Source of the DNA: a bacterium
GTDB taxonomy: Bacteria > UBP7 > UBA6624
Direction: 5' to 3'
DNA: 32,000 bases
Assembly: GCA_002716355.1 (NCBI GenBank)
Contig: PBAU01000005.1
Coordinates: 80,425-112,424, forward strand
In this document: positions 17,638 to 24,562 of the stretch, piece after piece
Layout of the letters: each line of letters starts with the position of its first letter
How positions within the stretch are numbered: position 1 is the first letter of the stretch
Notes under the pieces: generated by a model
What the model saw: the letters and a program-made list of their open reading frames with translations, nothing else
Told to the model about the DNA's origin: nothing
Databases searched by the model: none
Program-made: the position numbers and the translations under genes

Positions 17638-18892
17638 ATTGCCAATAATAACAATCCTCATTATTGCAAATCAGCCCATTGGAATATGGGAGTCAATGAA
17701 AACCGCTGAAAACAAACCGATAGCCAAATCATCTGAATATCTAGTTTCTGCAGCAAAATCAGATCTTGAAAAAGCAAAAAAAGACTGGTTTCCCTCTTTG
17801 TCATTAGGTTTAACAATGACAAGAACAGACTCCCTTGAAGGGTATGAGCCAGGGCCATTAGATGTTAACTTTTTCGGCGTAGGTGAAAATTTTGGCAATG
17901 CCTCAATGACCTTGACTTATCCACTCTATTCATTTGGAATGAAAAAATCTCAGATAAACCTCCAAGAAATGAATTATTTTTTGGCGAAACTCGACAAAGA
18001 AACAACACTTCAACAGTCTAGATTAGCTATAGCTAATTCATGGTTAAACTTATGGCTAGCAAATAAAAACCTACTCTTAGCAGAAGATAAATTAAACAAC
18101 TCCTCAAAAGTTTTAGAAGATGCACAAGCAAGATACTCAGTCCAATTAATCAGCGAGCTTGAATTGATTCAATTCGAAAGTGAATTTTTAAGCTCGAAGG
18201 AAAACATGAGCCAAGCGTCCTCTTTGTATGAATCAGCATTAACCCTGTTTATCTCAATGACAGGAATACAGGCAGATATTGAATTAGCAGAATTACCCCA
18301 ACTCGACAAAAATCTTTTGGTTGAATTCATAACTGATGAAAAGAATGAAAGGATCAATGTAAAACGTGCAAGGTTAAATCTTGAAATCTCCCGCAAAACC
18401 AAAGAACTGCTGTTCAATCGTCCAAATTTGATTCTTAGAACAACTGCCAACCATCCAGAAAATGAACAAGGTTTTGAATCTGGTGATACATTAAGGAGCG
18501 ATATAGCACTGAATTGGGAATTTATGAAACCATCTAAAACTGCTGAGCTCAAATCGTCTGATGAAAAAATAAAAGCAGCGGAGTTTGTTTACGCTCAGTC
18601 TGTTATTGACGAGAATGCATTAATTGAATCATCCATAGAAACAATTGGAATGTATCAATCAAGAATAGAAAACGCAGAATACACCTTGGAGCTAATGCGC
18701 AGAATTTCAATGTCAATCACTGAAGGTTTAGCTGTTGGGACGAGCTCTTATCTTGAATGGAGTAATGCCGAAAATAACTACCTTGCAGCTGCTGTTAACT
18801 TAGCTACAATAAAAACAAACTTTCTAAAGGAGATATTCAATCTAGGCGCGGGAAATATAGATTCGCTACTGAAACTTAATCAAAATAATTAA
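17630..18892 (+). CDS. TolC-family outer-membrane efflux protein
   Basis: Two-fold repeated coiled-coil/beta pattern (..DLEKAKKDWFPSLSLG.. and ..NRPNLILRTTANH..). I prefer ATG 17630, which has GAGGTG 6 nt upstream and overlaps the RND stop by 8 nt (ATGTTTAA). The signal peptide is weak. Confidence 0.78.
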   Translation: MFKLPIITILIIANQPIGIWESMKTAENKPIAKSSEYLVSAAKSDLEKAKKDWFPSLSLGLTMTRTDSLEGYEPGPLDVNFFGVGENFGNASMTLTYPLYSFGMKKSQINLQEMNYFLAKLDKETTLQQSRLAIANSWLNLWLANKNLLLAEDKLNNSSKVLEDAQARYSVQLISELELIQFESEFLSSKENMSQASSLYESALTLFISMTGIQADIELAELPQLDKNLLVEFITDEKNERINVKRARLNLEISRKTKELLFNRPNLILRTTANHPENEQGFESGDTLRSDIALNWEFMKPSKTAELKSSDEKIKAAEFVYAQSVIDENALIESSIETIGMYQSRIENAEYTLELMRRISMSITEGLAVGTSSYLEWSNAENNYLAAAVNLATIKTNFLKEIFNLGAGNIDSLLKLNQNN

Positions 18893-18913
18893 AATACAAA
18901 CTGGAGAAAAATT

Positions 18914-20464
18914 ATGAATTTACCTAACTTTAAAAACGAACCATTTACAAACTTTAATGATTCTGACCAAAATTCAGCATATCAAAAATCATTAGAGAAA
19001 ATAAAAGCTACATTTGGAGAAGACATACCTTTGATAATAAATGGCGAAAAGATTTTCACAGAAGAAAGAATTACAAGCATTGATCCGAGCAATTCTTCAC
19101 AAGTGATATCACAATGCTCAAAAGCTGATTTGAACCATTTGGAAAAAGCATTTTCAGCAGCTGAAGAGAGATTCAAAACATGGAGCCAGACAAATGTCAA
19201 AGAAAGAGTGGAGATAGCAATGAAAGTTTCAGAAATCATGAAAAGAGACAAACATGACCTTTCTGCACAAATGACTTACGAGGTAGGAAAGACATGGCCT
19301 GAAGCAGACGGCGACACTGCGGAAGCTATAGATTTCATGGAATATTATGCGAGGGAAGCATTGAGGTGGGGTCAAGATCATCCAGTTGTTCCAAACCCAG
19401 GAGAAGAAGGTGTTTTGAAGTATGTTCCAATGGGTATAGGCGCTGTAATACCTCCATGGAATTTTCCTTTTGCGATTCTTGCCGGAATGACTACAGCAGC
19501 ATGGGTGACAGGTAACACTGTCATATTGAAACCTTCCAGCGACAGCACAACAATTGCATACAGGTATATGGAAATACTGGAAGAGGCTGGACTACCTGAT
19601 GGCGTTGTTAATTTCCTTCCAGGGCCAGGATCCTCAATTGGAAGCAAAATGGTGACCGATCCAAGAACAAGATTCATTTCATTCACAGGATCAATGGAGG
19701 TTGGTTTAAACATAAATGAAAATGCAGCAAAGATGTCACCAGGACAAATATGGATAAAAAGGGTTGTTGCTGAAATGGGTGGCAAGGATGCAATATTAGT
19801 GGATGAAACTGCAGATATTGAAGATGCTGCTGTTGGGATTGTTTCTGCTGCATACGGCTTCCAGGGTCAAAAATGCTCAGCATGTTCCAGGCTAATCGTC
19901 CATGAAGATGTTCATGATGAACTTATGGAAAAAGTTATTGCCTTGACTAAAAAAATCAAAGTTGGACATCCTGAAAGTCAAGAAACACAAATGGGAGCTG
20001 TTATAAACAAAAATGCCTACACTGACATCCTTAAATATATTGAAATTGGCAAAAACGAAGGTGATATAGTTTGCGGAGGCAATCCAGGTTCAAAAGATGG
20101 TTACTTTATAGAACCAACAATCATTGATAACCTATCTGCAAATTCAAGAATCATGCAGGAAGAGATATTTGGCCCAGTCTTAGGCGTTACAAAAGTTTCT
20201 TCTTTTGAAGAGGGTTTAAAGGTTGCGAATGGGACAATCTACGGACTAACTGGTGCTTTCTATACATCAATACCTGAAAGAATTGAAAAAGGTGCAAATG
20301 ATTTTCATGTAGGTAATTTGTATATTAATAGAAAATGCACTGGAGCACTTGTTGGCGTACATCCTTTTGGGGGCTTTAACATGAGCGGTACTGACTCAAA
20401 AGCTGGAGGCCCTGATTATCTTGGACTGTTCCTGCAGGCAAAATCTATCGCTAAAAAAATATAA
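18914..20464 (+). CDS. rocA: L-glutamate gamma-semialdehyde (1-pyrroline-5-carboxylate) dehydrogenase, RocA/PruA type
   Basis: A 516-aa aldehyde dehydrogenase with EMGGKDAILVD and GFQGQKCSACSR (catalytic Cys). The length and N-terminus are typical of stand-alone P5CDH. GGAGA lies 6 nt upstream of the ATG. Confidence 0.88.
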   Translation: MNLPNFKNEPFTNFNDSDQNSAYQKSLEKIKATFGEDIPLIINGEKIFTEERITSIDPSNSSQVISQCSKADLNHLEKAFSAAEERFKTWSQTNVKERVEIAMKVSEIMKRDKHDLSAQMTYEVGKTWPEADGDTAEAIDFMEYYAREALRWGQDHPVVPNPGEEGVLKYVPMGIGAVIPPWNFPFAILAGMTTAAWVTGNTVILKPSSDSTTIAYRYMEILEEAGLPDGVVNFLPGPGSSIGSKMVTDPRTRFISFTGSMEVGLNINENAAKMSPGQIWIKRVVAEMGGKDAILVDETADIEDAAVGIVSAAYGFQGQKCSACSRLIVHEDVHDELMEKVIALTKKIKVGHPESQETQMGAVINKNAYTDILKYIEIGKNEGDIVCGGNPGSKDGYFIEPTIIDNLSANSRIMQEEIFGPVLGVTKVSSFEEGLKVANGTIYGLTGAFYTSIPERIEKGANDFHVGNLYINRKCTGALVGVHPFGGFNMSGTDSKAGGPDYLGLFLQAKSIAKKI

Positions 20465-20766
20465 TGCTTAACAAAAAAGATAATAAAAAAAATATCCCGC
20501 AATGGTTAATCAATGCTGCTCCAAGCATTATTGAACACATGAATGATGATCATTCAAATTCAATTATTTCTGCACTGCATGCTCAACATGGAATCAAAGA
20601 CGTAAATGCAAAAATGGAAAAGCTTAAAACTGATGGTTACTATGCTTTATCAAATGGAAAATTATATTTTTTGAAATTTGAAAATACATGTGAATCAGCT
20701 GGAGAATACAAGTCTGAACTAATAAAACATGCAAAAAATTACAGAAGTTTTGAATTAAAAAATTAA
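20464..20766 (+). CDS. Stand-alone DUF2470-like small protein (HugZ/GluTR-binding-protein C-terminal domain type)
   Basis: PSIIEHMNDDHSNSIISALHAQHG matches the ..HMN.DH.. signature I associate with DUF2470. The ATG shares one base with the P5CDH stop (TAATG at 20462..20466). Confidence 0.65.
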   Translation: MLNKKDNKKNIPQWLINAAPSIIEHMNDDHSNSIISALHAQHGIKDVNAKMEKLKTDGYYALSNGKLYFLKFENTCESAGEYKSELIKHAKNYRSFELKN

Positions 20767-20786
20767 TTCCTTCAGTTTAAAAATTC

Positions 20787-21290
20787 ATGAAAGAAGTTAC
20801 AGTTAATGATAAATTTCAAGTTAATTACACCTATCGCTTGAAAGAAAAAATTAATTCAAATTTTCATCCTGAATTTAAACCAGAGCTAACACCTAAAGAA
20901 ATGTTAGAAATGGGCATCTTTGGTGGGAAATACATGACAGATTGCAAGAATGAATTCCCTAAATCATGGTTTGAAAAGGCAAAACTCTCACCTTCTGGAA
21001 AAAATATAAAAATTAACTATTATCAAGTTGATGCTTCTCTTCCCCTGTCTGAATGGATGAAAAAAGGATGGATTCATGAGGATGATCCAAGGGGTTGGTT
21101 TCAATGGTATTGTCGATATTTCATGGGCAGAAGGATGAAGGATGAAGACCTAAGACAAATAAAGCGTTGGAGAGCAATACGTCGTCATGCTGGAGCGATT
21201 AAAAAATTTTGCAAGCCAAAAGATCTTTCATGTAGAAAAAAACAAAGACAAGCCTTACTGCATTGGGCTTACGATTCTAGAAACATCTAA
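20787..21290 (+). CDS. Conserved-looking hypothetical protein, Trp/Arg-rich (motif DPRGWFQWYCRYFMGRR..QIKRWR); family not identified
   Basis: 167-aa ORF with protein-like composition and a basic C-terminus. No SD sequence. I cannot name the family from memory. Confidence 0.6.
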   Translation: MKEVTVNDKFQVNYTYRLKEKINSNFHPEFKPELTPKEMLEMGIFGGKYMTDCKNEFPKSWFEKAKLSPSGKNIKINYYQVDASLPLSEWMKKGWIHEDDPRGWFQWYCRYFMGRRMKDEDLRQIKRWRAIRRHAGAIKKFCKPKDLSCRKKQRQALLHWAYDSRNI

Positions 21291-21382
21291 CAACGAGAGC
21301 AAGTCTTTCTTTTTGTTGTGCCACTTGTAGCTCTGGGAATCGTCATCATTTGACACCTGTGACACCAAAATCTTCTACACAT
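21287..21382 (-). CDS. Candidate 31-aa basic zinc-ribbon microprotein MCRRFWCHRCQMMTIPRATSGTTKRKTCSRC (not in the ORF track)
   Basis: ATG 21382..21380 is preceded by GGAGG (21393..21389) with a 6-nt spacer. The peptide has C-x2-C-x17-C-x2-C spacing and 8 of its 31 residues are Arg/Lys. A near-consensus promoter lies upstream. Stop TAG (21289..21287) overlaps the TAA of the convergent gene. Confidence 0.45.
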   Translation of the reverse strand: MCRRFWCHRCQMMTIPRATSGTTKRKTCSRC

Positions 21383-21412
21383 TTAAAACCTCCAAGAAAA
21401 ATTAAAAAAAGC

Positions 21413-21441
21413 ATCATAAATGAAAAAAATAATTTTGTAAA
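21413..21441 (-). promoter_or_regulatory. Candidate sigma70-type promoter TTTACA-N17-TATGAT driving the micro-ORF
   Basis: On the minus strand the -35 TTTACA is at 21441..21436 and the -10 TATGAT at 21418..21413, with a 17-nt spacer. The predicted transcription start is about 20-25 nt upstream of ATG 21382. Sequence match only. Confidence 0.45.
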
Positions 21442-21473
21442 CAGTAAACGTGTTTGAAAGTGACGAAAAAACG

Positions 21474-21546
<73 letters not shown>

Positions 21547-21550
21547 AGCA

Positions 21551-21627
21551 TGGCGGAGCTGACGGGGATCGAACCCGCGACCTCTTCCTTGACAGGGAAG
21601 CATGCTAAACCGCTACACCACAGCTCC
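21551..21627 (-). tRNA. tRNA-Asp (anticodon GTC), CCA encoded
   Basis: GGAGCTG-TG-GTGT..GCAT-G-CTTCC-CTGTCAA-GGAAG-AGGTC-GCGGG-TTCGATC-CCCGT-CAGCTCC-G-CCA. It lies 4 nt upstream of the tRNA-Phe 5' end. Confidence 0.93.
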
Positions 21628-21654
21628 AAGCGGAGTTATTCTAAACTCCAAAAA

Positions 21655-21726
21655 CACCCCGTAGGGGAATCGAACCCCTATTTCCGCCTTGAAAGGGCGG
21701 TGTCCTGGCCGTTAGACGAACGGGGC
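21655..21726 (-). tRNA. tRNA-Glu (anticodon TTC)
   Basis: GCCCCGT-TC-GTCT..GGAC-A-CCGCC-CTTTCAA-GGCGG-AAAT-AGGGG-TTCGATT-CCCCT-ACGGGGT-G. The first acceptor pair is G1-U72. No encoded CCA. Confidence 0.9.
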
Positions 21727-21768
21727 AGAACAATCACATTATCCTAAACTTTTATTATGAAATTTGAA

Positions 21769-22296
21769 TCAAATTCCAAATTTTTCCAAATCACCTTTAG
21801 GTAGATTTAAACCATGCCTTTTATTCATTCTGTCATAAAGAACAAGATTGACTGTAACTGCAAGATTCAAAGACACTCTTGTAGGTATGTAAACAGTTTT
21901 CTCACACCAGTCAACAGTTTCCTGCTTTATCCCACCATATTCAGAACCAAAAACATACATTGCTCTTTCAGGATGAACAAAATCAGCTAAAGAAACAGCG
22001 TTATCTGTCATCTCTATTGCAACCGGAGTGCACCCAAAAGGCAAAGATTCCTGTATTGAATCTTTGTAAACCAAAGGAACATGCCTCCAAGCTTTAGGTG
22101 TATCTGCAGGAAGTGGCATTTCTGGATCTTGAAAATCTTGATCTGAATCCCATTTTCTGCCTGCAACAACAACATAATTAGCTCTAAAGCAAAAAGCTCC
22201 TCTTAATATTTGACCTACATTGATTGAGTTTCTTGGGTTTTCTAAAGCAACAACCGAGTAGCCACGGCGATTATCCCATTCATGATTTTCAGACAT
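21769..22296 (-). CDS. Minimal SPOUT (SpoU/TrmH/TrmL-like) RNA 2'-O-methyltransferase
   Basis: ENPRNSINVGQILRGAFCFRANYVVV, YVFGSEYGGI and IPTRVSLNLAVTVNLVLYD parallel the three SPOUT motifs of TrmL/TrmH. ATG 22296 is the only in-frame start before the first motif. Confidence 0.83.
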   Translation of the reverse strand: MSENHEWDNRRGYSVVALENPRNSINVGQILRGAFCFRANYVVVAGRKWDSDQDFQDPEMPLPADTPKAWRHVPLVYKDSIQESLPFGCTPVAIEMTDNAVSLADFVHPERAMYVFGSEYGGIKQETVDWCEKTVYIPTRVSLNLAVTVNLVLYDRMNKRHGLNLPKGDLEKFGI

Positions 22297-22303
22297 TTAA
22301 CTA

Positions 22304-22376
22304 TAGGGGTTGAGGGAATCGAACCCCCGACACACGGGTTAAAAGCCCGCTGCTCTACCGACTGAGCTAAACCCCC
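22304..22376 (-). tRNA. tRNA-Lys (anticodon TTT)
   Basis: GGGGGTT-TA-GCTC..GAGC-A-GCGGG-CTTTTAA-CCCGT-GTGTC-GGGGG-TTCGATT-CCCTC-AACCCCT-A. The first acceptor pair is G1-U72. No encoded CCA. Confidence 0.9.
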
Positions 22377-22389
22377 TAAGCTATATATT

Positions 22390-23664
22390 CTATTCCTTCC
22401 AGGCTATATCGTCAATTCCGGGACCAGTGCTAACTGCAAGAATTTTGACTCCTGAACTACTTTCCACAAAGTCACAATACTTTCTCAAACCTTCAGGCAA
22501 GTTGTTCCATTTTTGAATTCCGGAAAAATCAGGCCAACCCTCAAGGGTTACATACTGTGGAACACCTTCATCCCAAACTCTAGAATCTTCCGGAACATCC
22601 TTGTATTCCGAACCATTCCAATTCCAAGATGTACAAACTTTAATGTCACCCATGCCTCCAAGGATATCGGCTTTTGTAAGGATAACACCTGTGAAACCGT
22701 TTAGCCTATGTGCATACCTTAACAAAGGAATATCTAACCAGCCACAATCACGAGGCCTGCCTGTAGTAGCACCAAATTCTTTACCTTTGTCTTGCACCTT
22801 TTTGTTCCATTCATCATTCATTTTAGTTGGAAATGGGCCTGCTCCAACCCTGGTTACATAAGCTTTAGCAATTCCTAAAACCTGACTAATTTGACTTGGC
22901 CCTAAACCCGCATTTACACAAGCTGAACCACTAATGGTGTGACTACTAGTAACATAAGGATATGTACCAAAACCTAAATCAAGCATAGACCCTTGCGCTC
23001 CCTCCATTAAAACTTCTTCTTTGTTTTCAATTGCAGTATGAATTAGATTATGGGTGTCTCCTACATATTTTCTTATTAATTCTCGTTGTTTGATCAAATC
23101 TTCGTAAAGTCTTTGAGGGTTGATTTTTCTTTTTGTCACATCAGAATAAACACCATCTAAAACAGCATTTACACGACCAACTAATGTCTTTATCCTGTCA
23201 AGTAAATTGTCTTCAAAAAGATGTCCGAGCCTTATGCCCCTACGTGCAATTCGATCTGTGCTTGCAGGTCCAATTCCTCTGTATGTAGTTCCTAGTTTCT
23301 CCTGCCCTCTTCTTAACTCCTCTAGCTTGTCCATCCATCTATGGAATGGCAAGACTAAAAAAGCCTGAGGGCTTATAACCAAATCAATATCTAAATTGTC
23401 ATTTTCAATTTGCTTGATTTCCTCAAGTAGCAATTCGAGATCCAAAGCAACACCTCTTGCAATAATGCTTTTAACACCTTTATGCAAAACACTGCATGGG
23501 AGCAAATGGAATTTGTATACCTTTTCGCCTCTATAAACGGTATGGCCTGCGTTCGCACCACCCTGAAATCTAACAACCATGGATGACTTGGAGGCAAGGC
23601 TATCTACTATCTTTCCTTTGCCCTCATCACCCCATTGGGATCCAACAACTACTGTTACAGGCAC
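22390..23664 (-). CDS. purA: Adenylosuccinate synthetase
   Basis: VVVGSQWGDEGKGK, GGANAGHT and GTTGRGIGP-like (GTTYRGIGPA) motifs. I prefer GTG 23664 (M-PVTVVVGSQWGDEGKGK), or TTG 23673. The track's ATG 23700 adds an atypical hydrophobic 12-aa extension and collides with the divergent gene. Confidence 0.92.
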   Translation of the reverse strand: MPVTVVVGSQWGDEGKGKIVDSLASKSSMVVRFQGGANAGHTVYRGEKVYKFHLLPCSVLHKGVKSIIARGVALDLELLLEEIKQIENDNLDIDLVISPQAFLVLPFHRWMDKLEELRRGQEKLGTTYRGIGPASTDRIARRGIRLGHLFEDNLLDRIKTLVGRVNAVLDGVYSDVTKRKINPQRLYEDLIKQRELIRKYVGDTHNLIHTAIENKEEVLMEGAQGSMLDLGFGTYPYVTSSHTISGSACVNAGLGPSQISQVLGIAKAYVTRVGAGPFPTKMNDEWNKKVQDKGKEFGATTGRPRDCGWLDIPLLRYAHRLNGFTGVILTKADILGGMGDIKVCTSWNWNGSEYKDVPEDSRVWDEGVPQYVTLEGWPDFSGIQKWNNLPEGLRKYCDFVESSSGVKILAVSTGPGIDDIAWKE

Positions 23665-23698
23665 AATTGACAATTCTACGATTAAATAGAATAAGAGC

Positions 23699-24529
23699 AT
23701 GGGAAAAGTGGCAAATCACGCAGAATATTGCAAAAAACCAATTGAAGACAAGATTTCATTGTCTAAAAAAATCCTTGCTGATGCAATCAATGAGTTCAAA
23801 ATCGATAAAACGCTTCTTGCTTGGACTGGAGGAAAGGACTCGACTTTGATATTGTGGATGCTGCTTGAATTGCATGCTGAAAAAAAGATTAAAATGCCTG
23901 ATTGCCTATTCATCAATGAAGGCTGCGTCTTTGATGAAATCCTTGGTTTTGTAGAAAAGATTGAAAAAGAACACAAGTTAAATGTTTACCATGCAATAAA
24001 CAAGGATGTCTTTGATCTGGCGAAAGGAAAGCCTGGGAACATTGTCCGGGTGGAGGACCTGAATGAAAGAAACAGGTCAGAGTTGGAAAAAATAAAATTT
24101 TCGAAAAATGAATTTAAATTCGACCCTGAATCCTTTGAAGGCAATCACCTGATGAAAACTGTTGCATTGAACATGTTCCTTGAAAGCAATGACTATGCAT
24201 GCATGATTACGGGCATACGTTGGGATGAACAGGATGCAAGGAAGGATGAAACTGCCTTCAGCCCAAGACAGGATCCTGACCACATGAGAATCCATCCAAT
24301 ACTCCATTTTGATGAAAGGGATATATGGGAAGCCCACTTCAAAATGAAGGTGCCTTACTGCAACCTGTACGAAAAAGGCTACAGGAGCTTAGGCGCTGCA
24401 GGAACAACAACAAAAACATCCGATTTGCCTGCATGGAAGCAAGACCTTGAATCAACCACTGAAAGATCCGGCAGGAAGCAGGATAAAGAAAACCTAATGG
24501 AAAAGCTCAGAGACTTGGGTTACATGTAA
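23699..24529 (+). CDS. PAPS-reductase/CysD-family PP-loop ATP-pyrophosphatase-like protein, specific function uncertain
   Basis: LAWTGGKDSTLILWM is an SGGKDS-type PP-loop. The C-terminal TTERSGRKQDKENLMEKLRDLGYM resembles the C-terminus of CysD (..TSERQGR...D....ME..K..GY., recalled from E. coli CysD). No CysN or CysH is nearby. Confidence 0.7.
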   Translation: MGKVANHAEYCKKPIEDKISLSKKILADAINEFKIDKTLLAWTGGKDSTLILWMLLELHAEKKIKMPDCLFINEGCVFDEILGFVEKIEKEHKLNVYHAINKDVFDLAKGKPGNIVRVEDLNERNRSELEKIKFSKNEFKFDPESFEGNHLMKTVALNMFLESNDYACMITGIRWDEQDARKDETAFSPRQDPDHMRIHPILHFDERDIWEAHFKMKVPYCNLYEKGYRSLGAAGTTTKTSDLPAWKQDLESTTERSGRKQDKENLMEKLRDLGYM

Positions 24530-24562
24530 GGATCGAAAAACAACCTTAAAAAACAATAAGCC

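Noticed and set aside
23665-23700. 12-codon hydrophobic N-terminal extension of purA (MLLFYLIVELSI) from ATG 23700
   Set aside because: PurA family members start a few residues before VVVGxQWGDEGKGK. GTG 23664 or TTG 23673 fits that pattern. The extension would also overlap the divergent gene's start.
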